Shown: positions 49,005 through 60,564 of the stretch, in pieces | Position numbering within the stretch: position 1 is the stretch's first letter | Layout of the letters: each line of letters starts with the position of its first letter | Source of the DNA: Vitrella brassicaformis CCMP3155 | Taxonomy: Eukaryota > Protista > Chromerida | Assembly: GCA_001179505.1 (NCBI GenBank) | Contig: CDMY01000047.1 | Location: 139,915-203,914 of the forward strand | Length of the DNA: 64,000 nt | Reading direction: 5' to 3' | Notes under the pieces: generated by a model | Told to the model about the DNA's origin: nothing | The model's input: the letters and a program-made list of their open reading frames with translations, nothing else | Databases searched by the model: none | Translations under genes and position numbers: made by a program

Positions 49005-49068
49005 AAACCCTACATAGCATAGTTAGGGTTTAGGTATAGGGTTTAGGGTGTGGGGTTTCTCAAACCCT
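49005..49068. repeat. Degenerate telomere-like cluster (AAACCCTA, TTAGGGTTTAGG, TAGGGTTTAGGG, AAACCCT)
   Basis: Direct reading, inside the ~1-kb unique segment between the duplication copies. Confidence 0.7.
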
Positions 49069-49662
49069 GCGAGCTTAGAAGTGCTCGGGGGAAGGCACGC
49101 GCACAATTGCGGCAGATCTCCGCAGAGAGGCTCACAGGAAGGCCATACACGCAGTCAGGAGCAGCCAGAAGATCAAATAGGCTGACATCTCTCTCTGTAT
49201 GCGCGTCTGTCTGTGTGTGCAGGTCGAGATGGCCGTGTTCCGCCACGACCCGGAGGCTCATTCGGGTGCCAGAGGATTGCTCTCGATGAAGGCTTTGCTA
49301 TGCGCCGACCAATCGGCCTCTGCGGAACTTCTCTCTGACCCCCTCCCTCTCCCATTTTTGTGCATCTCCGCAGGCCCGTGTTTGGCTCTGTGGATGCGGC
49401 CCGGTCCATCCGACGCATGGGTGTGGTGCATCAGCTCATAAACCACACAGGTGCCAAAGGAGAGGTCAGCAGCAGCCCCACACACAGAGCACCGACGCTG
49501 GCGCGATTTTCACTTTCTGTAGGGTCACCCTTGTCGAGTGTCTGCAGGCCCACAGAGACCTGATAGACAAGATCCAAGAGGTGGATGTCATTGTGGGGGC
49601 GCACTATGGACCGGAATAACATCGAGAAAATCTCACCTCCTCGCTTGACCCCGTCAGCCGCC

Positions 49663-51521
49663 CACACACATAGACAGACAGACGCACTCAATGAATGCTC
49701 GAGGCACACTGACTGACACGTTTGTATGGTTCTCTCTCTGTGTGTCATCCATCCATCAGTGTGCAGATGCATCCCCGCGCCAGTGAGCTGTTCTATGTGA
49801 TCAACGCGACGGAGCTGGTCGTCGGCTTTGTGGAGGAAAACGGTGGCCGCACCGTCGAGAACACCCTCAAGACGGGCCAGCTGTCCTTCGTGCCAAAAGG
49901 CCTCATGCACTGGCACTACAACGCCGGTAGGCAGGAGCGGCGCACCGGACCGACAGCCAAGCTAGATAGAATTCCTATATATGTGTTGGTTAATCGACCT
50001 TCTTCTGTGATCACTGTAGGATGCGAGGACGCTGTCTTTTTGTCGACATTTAATCACGAGGACCCCGGTGTGGTGACGATCGTCAACGCGCTGTTCGACA
50101 TCAACGCGACGTCCCTGCAGGCGGCACTCAACGTCGACCGCGCGCTGGTCGCCGACCTCAAAACGAGTGTACCCCCGTCACCCGTCCCAGGCATCGCAGA
50201 GTGCCTCAGGAGATGCGGGCTGGAAGGTAGGCATTCCATTCAGCATTCAGCAGTCACTCTCACTCTCACCGTCCGCCGTGCAAGTGCGTGTGTCTGTGTG
50301 TGTGTGTCATATAGCTGTGGATCCGTGTGAGCTCAAGCGGTGCGGCAACCATGAGCGTTGAAGGGTCAACGACGAGGGCAAGGCGGTGTGCGAGTGCAGG
50401 GACCAATACGCGAGGGACGAAAACGGCGACTGCAGACACGTCGGGGGCTGGGGCGAGGGGTAGATATGATATGTGTCACAGAGATACACACACACCATCC
50501 ATCCATCCATCCATTGTGCAGTGCATCCTCTCACTCCTTCACTCATCGTTTCCTGCCGATGTATAGGTGTCACGTAGAGGGGCGCTAGGTAGGCTAGGGG
50601 GAGACAGACAGAGGGGGACGGGACGGGACGGTACGGGAAAGGACAGCTGGACGCTTCTTTTTTACGTATGCTGTATGTACCATGGTGGCCATCCACCCCA
50701 CCCAGCTCAGCCGCCTTCATACATACGTCCATCCATCCACCCATCCATGGCCCTTCGTCTCTTATTTGTAGTGAGTGAATCGGTGTGTATCCTTTATCTA
50801 TCTATCGCTCTCTGTGTGTGACTCACTGACACAACGAATGCGGGCAGGCAGGCAGGAAACCACGCCACGCCCTCTGGCCTGGCCGCCTGGGTGGCGGCCG
50901 GCCGTGTGTGATGGACTGCCTGCCTGATTGTTTGCCGTTTACTGTTGGCCATCCATCCATCTGTGCTGCCTGGCATCCATGTGCTGGCTGGCTGCATGTG
51001 GCGACGGACGATGGGTGCGACTTACTTACTGCTTTAGTGGGTGGGTGGGGCTGGGTCGGATAGAGGCTTGGCTTGGCTTGGCTTGGCTGGGGTGTATTTG
51101 TTTGTCTCCTTCACTACCGTGAAGCTAAGCCGATCATCCTGGCTGGGGGCGGGGCGTGTCGATAGGGCAGGCAGGAAGGCGGAGAGAAAGAGGGAGGAGT
51201 GAAGTGCCTTTATCGCTTCGGTCGAGGAGGCGTGTGTCGTGCGTGTCGTGGTGTCGCTATACTCTGTAACTAGGCAGGCATCTGTAGTTTTTTCCAGGCG
51301 TTCTAGTAGTGATCCAGATCTGTCTTTTGTCTTGCCTTCATCCTTGAGGGTCACCTTTCGTCTGTCCCTCTCGGAGTCCTCCGATGCCACCTCGCCACCC
51401 TTCCATGTCACTCGTGGCATCGTGTGGGGTGGGTCGGTGGCGGGGCGGCGGCCGCAGGACAGAGAGGGCAGACCAAAGGAAGCAAGCAGCACCCACACAC
51501 ACCACAGACAGACAGACAGAC
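49663..51521 (+). repeat. Segmental direct duplication, copy B
   Basis: Near-identical to 46777-48652, with microsatellite-length differences and scattered substitutions. Confidence 0.95.
49760..50463 (+). pseudogene. 5'-truncated germin-EGF duplicate with premature stop
   Basis: Lacks exons 1-2 (signal peptide, PCGMN). The EGF exon has TGC>TGA at 50359-50361 (CGNHER*). Confidence 0.8.
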
Positions 51522-51810
51522 CGGCCCTGTGTATCTGCCCGGCATGAGACCCTCAGTCAGTCTGTCATCTTGTTGTTACATTGGACACCTCCCGGCAGCT
51601 CACTGGCCTGCCTTCTGTCTTTCATGCCCGACATGACTTTGGTCTTTCTGTGCCGTGTGAGTGCACTGTGGGACTGAGGTGGTGGCGGGGGTCAAAGGCA
51701 AAGCGGGACAGAGAGGCCCTTAAAAGGGCATATGCATTCAGTGAGTGCGGAGTCAGTGGGGACTCCACTCACCGCAGATCGATGAATCCATCAAACGTCC
51801 GTATGTAGCA
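51327..51810 (+). mobile_element. Full-length copy of the ~480-bp dispersed non-coding element
   Basis: Colinear along its whole length with the reverse complement of 60565-61052. Internal GACA tract and 3' hairpin GGAGTC-AGTGGG-GACTCC. No ORF, TIR or TSD recognised. Confidence 0.8.
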
Positions 51811-51908
51811 GCAGCTCAATGGACATCATCTTGCTCCATTCATCCCCCATTCATGGACATCCACCGCAGCGCTGCGAGCTTAGATTCGTCGGATCTCGAG
51901 CGTAAGCG

Positions 51909-53554
51909 ATGGATACACATCCCCTCAATCAGGCCGCACGGCCCCCTTCCCCAGTCGAAGATCCCCTCATTCTCACCTTCATCCTACCCTTCCTCATCCT
52001 CGCGGAGAAGCTGACGTTTCTCACTGTCTGCCGTCAATGGAATGGCACCTTCTGGGGCGGTGGGAGGTCCTCCTTCAAGCTCACAAGCCGCATGCTGCTC
52101 AACCTTAACCCGCACCAGATGGCTCAGGTCGTCGCCAAGCTGTCGCACGTCCAGCGACTGACCGTGGAGCTTCGTTTGCGTGATGCCAATGGCCAGCGAG
52201 CCCGTCGTGTCGTTGAGGAGATCATCGGAGCTGTGTTCAGGAGTCCCGCCGTGCGGGGCAGTTTGCAGCACTTGGAGGTGTTTGCGCTTCAGCACCCCGA
52301 GCAGCCTTGGGAGATGGTCGTGGGCAATATCCGCAGGCATGTCCAGCGGCCTCTCGCTGTCACTCTGCGCAACCTGCGCATCAAACTCTACAGGTACGCA
52401 TCCAAAGCAAAGGCAGCCAATGAGCTCTCGCCGGTCAAGTGATGCTATGCTGCCTGTTGACATTCGGTGCGCAGAGTCCGCGGCCGGCTCATGTTTCCCG
52501 CCGTCACCTTTCACTATGTTCGCCATCTGACGCTCATCAACTGTGACATTCGGCCCGATTTCCCCGACACAGTAGGGGGTGTTCCGCTGCCAGGTCTTCC
52601 CGGCCCATACGACGCCCTGTCTGACATCTCCATTGTCACGGCGCTGTCCGAACTTCCCGGCCCGTGGCGATTCCAGGTACCCCCACCCCACACACCACAC
52701 ATCTGCTCTGCTCGTGCATCCATCCATTCCTCTGCTCTTGTGGTGGTTGTCTTGTCTGGTTCGTGTCTTGTGTCTGCCTGCAGCATGCGATGGTTGGTGG
52801 GTTCATCAACAGCCCGACCATCAACCAGGTGGCGTGTCTGCTGGAGGCCTTCCGCCACTTCTGCGCCGCGCGCCTCGAGCGGCTGGCACTGCGTAACGTG
52901 GCCTACGCGCCCACGGCCGGGGTCGATTTCCGCGGTGTGGCTCCTCCTCCCTTCCACTGGACGGACGACGGAACCGAGAACTATCTAGACCGGCTGGATG
53001 AGCTGATCGGGGGTGGACAAGGGACGGCGGGGGGCACTGAGCCGGTGGCGACCTATGGAGATGCTCTGGTCAGGGGCGTCGCGCGGTTCCAAGACGCCCT
53101 TCACTCATACAACAACCTCCACTGCATCGAGTGGACGCAAGACGCCGATGGGCTTGACCCGGGCGGCGAGATGGCCCACCTGCGACGGTCATACGCCTTC
53201 ATCCGGCTGCTGTTTGCACCGGGGGCCTTGGCGTTTCCCGCCATCCGAGACATCAGCATTGCCGGAGACCGTCTGCCGAGCGTGGCGACGACTGAGGCCG
53301 CCGCCCCGTCCAGCCTCCCTCAGCCGCAGACCAGCCGGCCGCAGTTGGTGAGCCGATTGGCTGATGCACTGCGGCGTGACTACTTGAGGGCGATGAGGGA
53401 GCGGAGTGCGTGGACCAAGGCTGAGAAGATCGGTGGGGATCGGCAGTGGGTGGCGGCGCTGCACAGAGGTGTGGTGGAGAAGTTGGGCCTGCTGTCTGCG
53501 TGGACGCCGAATCAGGGTGGCCAGCAGGCAGAGAGGTCGTGGCTCGAGCGGTAG
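51909..53554 (+). CDS. F-box-like protein with LRR-like C-terminal region, 3 exons (51909-52393, 52475-52676, 52784-53554)
   Basis: N-terminal EDPLILTFILPFLILAEKLTFLTVCRQWN resembles the F-box consensus. LxxLxL-type segments VQRLTV, LQHLEV, VRHLTL and LERLAL. Junctions are in frame. Confidence 0.7.
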
Positions 53555-53919
53555 TGCGTTCCGTTCGCGGTGGTGTCTGTCGGTGTGTGTGTGGTATGTG
53601 CGCTGTGCTCCTCGGCGTGGGGATGTGAACATTAGGGAGTCGAATCGAAAGCGATGTGCCACTACTGATGGAAGTTGACTGGTTGGTAGTATAGCCTTAG
53701 GTGAAAGATGTTTGATGGATGGGACAACCAGGTCAACGCACGTAACATGCGCAATACTCCATATCCATCCATCCATCCATCCATGCATCCATCCATTCAT
53801 CCATCCATCCATCGCATGGGATGATGAAATGAGAAGGCAGCTGTACACTCGCAGAGACAAGACGAAGCAACGAACGCGTCAGGCCATTCCTCCCTCCCTC
53901 CCTCCCTCCCTCCCTGCGG

Positions 53920-54378
53920 TCAGTCGAAGTGGTATTCTCTCTGCTTCAGCAGCCTGTCCACCTTGCTGCCGATCTCTTGCAGCGCCGCCTGCATGGCGGC
54001 CACCTGCTGCTGTAGACTTGCAAGGGCACCAGCGTCGTACCCCTCCACCACCAAGTTGTGCACCTCCTCCAGCGTCTTGGCCGTCCTCAGCTGGTCCTCG
54101 TGGATCACATCCGCGTGATCTTCCAGGATCGCCAGATTCTTGTTCACCGTGTTGAACCGCTGGTCGACGGCAGTCCGCAGCTTGCTGATGGAGCTCTTGA
54201 TGCTCTCAAGGGTCGGTTTCTGCAGCTGTTCTCCCTCCTCTTTAATGAGTGAACCGCCCATTGTGCAGGTGCCCTCCGCTGGTCGCTGCGGCTCGTGGCG
54301 TGAATCGATGGATGAGGCGTCGGTGGTGCCGAAAAACCCGACCAGCAAGGCGATTACCAACCAAACAGTCAACATCAT
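53920..54378 (-). CDS. Intronless secreted coiled-coil protein (~152 aa)
   Basis: Signal peptide [21 protein letters not shown], then heptads [31 protein letters not shown]...[25 protein letters not shown]. Confidence 0.75.
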   Translation of the reverse strand: MMLTVWLVIALLVGFFGTTDASSIDSRHEPQRPAEGTCTMGGSLIKEEGEQLQKPTLESIKSSISKLRTAVDQRFNTVNKNLAILEDHADVIHEDQLRTAKTLEEVHNLVVEGYDAGALASLQQQVAAMQAALQEIGSKVDRLLKQREYHFD

Positions 54379-54469
54379 CAGCGATGGGTCTGCATCCCTG
54401 TAAATCTCGGTAAACAAAAAAGAGGATTCCCCGCTTGTAGGGTAGGTCCCCAGCGATGAAGGTCTGACG

Positions 54470-57219
54470 GTGATGGATAGCCCTGAGGAGACCTCCTCCA
54501 ATCCTCAGCGCCCGGAGGCCTCCAATTCTCACCTCTCGTCGGCAGAGGGGACTGATGCGGCGATAGATGCGGCTGCCAGTGGCCATCCAGCTGACGGCGA
54601 GAGAGGGGCGCTGGACACAGGCCCTCAGCACTACGGGCCTGGCAAACAGCTGCGGCTACTAGCAAGTGAGGGGAGAATGAATTCATGCACCGCAAATGGA
54701 TAATGAAATCTCTGCTGATCTCTGCGTGCACCCATTGGCTGCAGATGACAGCTACATCAACTGGGACCTTTCAGTGGTGGATGAGCATCATCATGATGAT
54801 AGTGTGGGCGATGACGCCTACCTGCATTCTGACGGGCCTGATCAGTCGCAGCCCTTCGTGACCCCTCGTCCAGGCCCCGCCAGCTCGGCTGCAGCCAACG
54901 ACGATGCACTGTTCCACACGCCCTTCTCTCCCCACCACCAGCAGCCGCCGTCACGACTCGACACTGACACCGCAATCCGTACTGAAGACAGCCTACCCCT
55001 ACCCCTCCCTGGCGCCGGCACTGAGCCCCCGCCACTGCCTCGCTTCGGCAGCCCCTCGCAGGCCACCGATGAGGATGTGCGAGACCGCTCGTGGGTTGTG
55101 GCGGAGGAAGGGGCGGATTGCCAGGGGGGAGAGGGCGCGGGTAAGGGGGATTCTGACGGTGGAGGCGGTGGTGATGGTGGTGATGGTGGTAATGGTGGTG
55201 ATAGGGGTCGCGACGAGGACCATCGTCTGCTGACTGAGGCGCTGGGGAGGGCGCGGGCCGCCGCAGGGGGCAGTGGGTTGAAGGAGAGGAAGCGGGACTA
55301 TGGGAAACCGTGGCTAGCAAATACGGTAAGGTGGGAGTGAAGCCATGATCCAGCGAGATCTGAATGGACGGATGGATGGATGGATGTGTGCAGTTGAGGG
55401 CCGAGGAGGGAGTAGCAGTAGCTGATGGTGCCGAGCCGGCTGACCCATCTGTACGCGCGTCCAGTCCACCTACCAAATATTTCCATCCACACAAAGACCT
55501 GAACTGACAAAGGGGGGCCAACCGCTGTCTTTGTGTGGGGTATGTATGCCGTCTGTCTGATCCGATCCATTCTCAGGTGTCATCAGGTGCGCGTCCGTCG
55601 CAGCTCTCCACTATATTAGATGCGGCCGGCGAGAAGGAGGTAAGGATGGATGAACCCAGAGAACAAGACAAAGAAAGTGCCCACATCCATCCATCCATCC
55701 ATTCACTGCAGGGCGAGGAGCTGTTGTTCATCTACACCAAAGCTAAGGTGAGCGGGAGGGGACGCACCGGACAGGAGTGATCTTCCTTCCCATGCATGTT
55801 GTGTGTTTCTGTGCCTGTCGGTCAGGAGCTGTATGGCGGCATGCCGATCCGGGAGGCCCTGCGGCTGTATCTCGAGAAGGACGCTGGGGGCGAAGAGGGC
55901 CACCAGGATGGGGATGCACCCACGCCCGCACCTGCACCCATACATCCACACCCACACACACAGAACTCAAACCGTACGGACACACCACACCCACAGCTGA
56001 ACACAAAATAGCTCTTGTCTGCAGACATCGCTGTGTTGTTCTGTTTTCCTCCGTGCAGCAGGTGCGGCCTGTCCCTCTCTGCCCCCGTCCGGACCGCCGG
56101 CGTCGCACACGCCCCCTCCCGCAGATGGCAACATGCAAGGCTTTGAGAGCCCCATCACCTTCGTCCTGCGCCGCCCCAACAAGTCGCCCATTCCACATAA
56201 CGTCGAGCCAGATAGCGATAGGTACCCGAGAGGCATATGATTTACATACGCTGTATGTGTGTCACGTCTCGCCTTTCCCTCTCTTCGATCAGTTCTGTGT
56301 CGCCCGAGGTACCCCCGTTCCCCCATGCACTGGGCAAGCGGCCCCCAGGCAAGAAGAAGAAGGCAGCTGCTGCAGCAGCGGGCACCTCCCGGCTCCTCTC
56401 ACCCCCAGCGGCGGGCGACGGCGGCACCGGCTCGTGCAACAACTCACCCATCGCCAAGAGACCCGACACACATCTGCAGTCGCCTTCGCCAGGTCTCGAG
56501 GAGCCTACGAAGCCCGCACCGGCCGCTCCGAAGAAGCCGGAAGGCGTTGTTGGCACACATCCCTTCTCGTCGGTGCCGAGCCTGAGCCCGTCACCTGGAC
56601 GTCAGAGGGGCGGTGCTGGTGCTGGTGGTGGTGGTGCTGGATTGGCGGGCGGCAACACTGCAGCACGGGCCAAGAAGCGACACGGCGGGGGAGGGGGAGG
56701 AGGGCTGACCATGACACCCCGCAGCAAGAGGCACCCCGATCTGCCTCCGCGGCACCCCGGCAGCCGTCCGGGGCCACCATCCAAAGCAGTGCCACCTCTG
56801 CCCCCTGCCAAGCCAAATACCACCGAGCAATCGTCACATTCGCATCACCGTACTGAGGAGGAGCGCACCCCAGCCCAAGACCAAAACACCATCCGGCGGC
56901 AGCAGCAGCAGCAGGTGCCTCTGCGTCTGGAGGGCGGCATGTCGGGGGGTGTTGTGCATAAGGCGGTGGTTAAGCAATCGGGGACGGATGGGGGAGCTGA
57001 TGTGCCTGAGGGTCCTAGCATTCAGGGGTGGGCTACTGGTGCTGGTGCTGGCGCAGGTGTTGGGGCTGCGGGGGTTGGGATGCGGCGGATGACTGCGGGA
57101 GGGGAGAGGGGCATGGTGGGAGGAAACATCAACATCCCGACGAAGGGTCTGCAGGTGAGCGTGAGAATTTGGTCACCAGACACCCACTACTGCTCCGCAC
57201 AACACCTCTTGTGTCGCCT

Positions 57220-57259
<40 letters not shown>

Positions 57260-58509
57260 CAGGTGTACGGCAGCCCGCCCTCGTTCTATCCCGGCTACTT
57301 CTCGCCACCCATGCCGGGATTCTTCCCCCCGCAATCAGGTACAGAACTACTCCTCCACTCACACACACGATACATCGACCTCTCGGCGTCTGTGTCTCGG
57401 CCTCTGTGTCTCATGTCTGTCGAATAGGCCCCCTCCCGCGGCACCCGTCGGCTCCCCGGCCTCTGGTAGCTGTGCCGTCGTACCGACCGATCCTGTCCTA
57501 TGGCTTCCACCAGACGAGCCGAGGCGTGTCCGTGCCCAACATGCAGCTGCAGGGCCAAGGGCACCGCCAACATCCACCACTCAATCCACTCAATCCACCT
57601 GGTCCAGAGAGCGAGCAGCCAAATGAGCAGGAAGCACAAAGATGTTCCTTCACGTTGGTTGTTTATGCAGGTTTCATGATTTACCAGCCTCGCCCTCCGC
57701 TGCCACCGCAGCAGCCCATCCGTGCGGCCACAGGCACCCAGCTGCGACACACACCCATACTACCCACAGGTGGGTGGGTGGGCATAGCTTATGCATAGCA
57801 ATGGATGAAATGCATTCATCGGCCCACTTTCCTTGTCTGCACACACGCCTGCAGGGCAGCTGTACACGCCTTCCCCTGCCCGCCCCCAATTCGCCCCTCG
57901 CCCGCCACAGCACCCCACCCCACCACCAGCACCGGGCGCCCGTCTGCACCAGGGCGGCGGATTCATGTCGCCCCCATCGTTGGGCCTGATGCATGTGGCA
58001 GCAGCTGGGACACCACCACTGATGTCGCCACTTCCCAGTGCGATCGGCATGCACAGCCCGGCCACATTGGTGGGAGGGGGAGGGGGAGGGGGGCAGATGG
58101 TGGGCGGGGCACATCCACTACACACACAGCAGCGGGGGGGCTGGGCGAGGGGCGGTGTGCAAAGGTAGACAGACGGACAGACAGATATGGGCCATATGGG
58201 CCGGGGGGGNNNNNNNNNNNNNNNNNNNNNNNNNNNNNNNNNNNNNNNNNNNNNNNNNNNNNNNNNNNNNNNNNNNNNNNNNNNNNNNNNNNNNNNNNNN
58301 NNNNNNNNNNNNNNNNNNNNNNNNNNNNNNNNNNNNNNNNNNNNNNNNNNNNNNNNNNNNNNNNNNNNNNNNNNNNNNNNNNNNNNNNNNNNNNNNNNNN
58401 NNNNNNNNNNNNNNNNNNNNNNNNNNNNNNNNNNNNNNNNNNNNNNNNNNNNNNNNNNNNNNNNNNNNNNNNNNNNNNNNNNNNNNNNNNNNNNNNNNNN
58501 NNNNNNNNN

Positions 58510-58546
<37 letters not shown>

Positions 58547-58691
58547 TTTTCTGAATGGGTAGCGTAGACGTAGATGCATGGGATGGATACGTGCGTGCGT
58601 GTGTGTGTGTGTGTGTGTGAAGACCTAGCCTGCTTATCAATCGGTGGAGGGCGCGGTGCGGTGTGTTGTGCAACAAACATGGCCTGGATTG
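54470..58691 (+). CDS. Multi-exon low-complexity (P/G/Q-rich) protein of unknown function; start 54470 or 54696, end approximate
   Basis: Series of GT-AG-flanked exons (e.g. 54746-55326; VSSGARPSQLSTILDAAGEKE|GEELLFIYTKAK|ELYGGMPIREALRLYLEKD; 56237-57427 ORF; P/Q-rich exons to 58165). Possible last exon PSLLINRWRARCGVLCNKHGLD*. No domain recognised. Confidence 0.55.
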
Positions 58692-59101
58692 AATTATCAC
58701 GAAGACGGGAAGGGTCTGTATACTCACTCACCAGTCACACGCTTCCATCCATCCATCCATCCACTGATTCAGCTTAATCACGGCTACCTACCACCTTCTA
58801 CACACAAGCGGAAATCGAATCGAATCTTGGGACCGTGTAAGGAAAGGGACTTGCACACACTGACTGACCGACTGACTGACGGACGGACACACGAACGGAA
58901 ACCCGACTACTCAGCAGCCACACCACACACCGGGCGTGTCAATCTGTGACACACCTATAACACAACACGCGCACACACACAGAGAGAGCGACAGAACTCG
59001 GATGAGCCAGTCGGCGACCCGCATCTGTGTCGGATGACTGATAGCTAGGCTGCCTGACCGACCGACCTGCATCTCCTCCTCAGCACATCACATGCTGTCC
59101 G

Positions 59102-60428
59102 TCACCCTTTGGCGCTCTTCAGCGCCCTCTTGGCCGCTGCCAACTCCTGCAACACAAACACCCACATGCCATTCATTCACACCATACCAAATCGTTCCAG
59201 CCAGCCAGCCTCTGTCTGGGCGTGTGCATGGCTGTCCCACTATCCCACGTCTTTGAGTTCTTCCTTGGTCTCGCTCTCGTCGAATGGTGAGGTCTCGAGT
59301 TCCTGCTGCTGCTTCTGGATGGCCTCGACCAGCATCTCTGCCAGCTCCCGCTCGTTCTTCTTCATCATGTTGTTGTAACACGGGCAGCCCTCACGCGGAC
59401 GCACGTCGATGAACCGACCACTCGGGTCGCGGAAACAACCTGCCAGTGGCCACACAGAACACAACACACACCACACACCACACACACGGGCGGATGGTGT
59501 ACGGTGCATGGTGTTGTGGGCGGTGTGTGGGGTGGGCGGGGCGCCCCGGTTGGTACCTCACTCACTCCACTCACCTCTGTAGTGTGAGATTTCGTAGACT
59601 TTGGTGTATCCCTCCTCGTCGCAGTCCTCTGTGTCCTCCCACTCGTCGATCTCCACGCGGCGCAGCTTCTGCTTCCGCAGCTCGCCGTCGTAGTCAAAAT
59701 CCTCGGGCGGCCACTCGGCCATCACATACCACCACCTGCACCGCACACACACACACACGCATAGATATGGTGTGCTGTGCGCTGTGTGGGGCGTGTGGTC
59801 CGATGTGGTTGACCGACCTGCACAGCACTTTGGAGACGAGACCCTGTTTGTCGTTTCGTGTTTGGTGGTTGATGATGAACACGTCGCTGTCGTCCAGCTT
59901 GCGCTTCTTGTTCCCACCGTTCCCGCCGCCACCCTTGGCCGCCGCCGCAGCAGCAGCAGGCTTCTTGTCCTTCTTCTTGTCCTTGTCCTTGTCCTTGTCC
60001 TTGCCTGCCGCCGCTGCCGTCTTGCCGCCCGCCTCCTTCTTGGGTTTGGCCTTGGGCTGCTTCTTCGGCTTGGGCGCCTCCATCTCTTCGTCATCCTCCT
60101 CCTCCTCGTCGCTCTCCTCCTCGTCGCTGTCGTCATCGCTGCTGTCGTCGCTGCTGCTGTCGTCACTCGAGTCGTCGCTCGAGTCGTCGCTGTCATCATC
60201 GCTGCCGGACTCATTATCTTCCTCCTCGTCGCCCTTCTTGTCCTTCTTGGCAGCAGGCTTCTTGTTGTTCTTGGGAGGACCGCCCCCCTTGGCGCCGGCT
60301 GGTGCCTCCTTCTCCTTCAGCCTGTCGTCCTTGCCTGCTGCCGCTGCTGCGGCAGGCTTGGGAGGCTTCTTCTTGACGTCGCTGTCGGCTGTGGAGGCCA
60401 CGGCCTGGTCGGCGGCGGTGCCGTTCAT
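59102..60428 (-). CDS. Lys-rich/acidic-tract protein with a globular RWWY..WPP C-terminal domain, 4 exons
   Basis: MNGTAAD...K-rich and D/E/S tracts...LVSKVLC|RWWYVMAEWPPEDFDYDGELRKQKLRRVEIDEWE...YEISHYR|GCFRDPSGRFIDVRPREGCPCYNNMMKK...LKD|ELAAAKRALKSAKG*. Confidence 0.8.
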
Positions 60429-60564
60429 GGTGGAATGGGCAAGTGGTGATACAGATCTTTCAAGACACAGCGAGGGAGAGATGGGGATTCTGAGCTCGCA
60501 TCCCTGCAGGGTTCGGTCTTGGCCCGCCCAGACGTTCAACGGTGTATTCACGTCCCCCCTTCAG

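Noticed and set aside
51327-51810. Classification of the dispersed element as a MITE or Helitron
   Set aside because: No terminal inverted repeats or TSDs found. The hairpin lies about 40 nt from the end and the end is GTAG-like rather than CTRR, so it is left unclassified.
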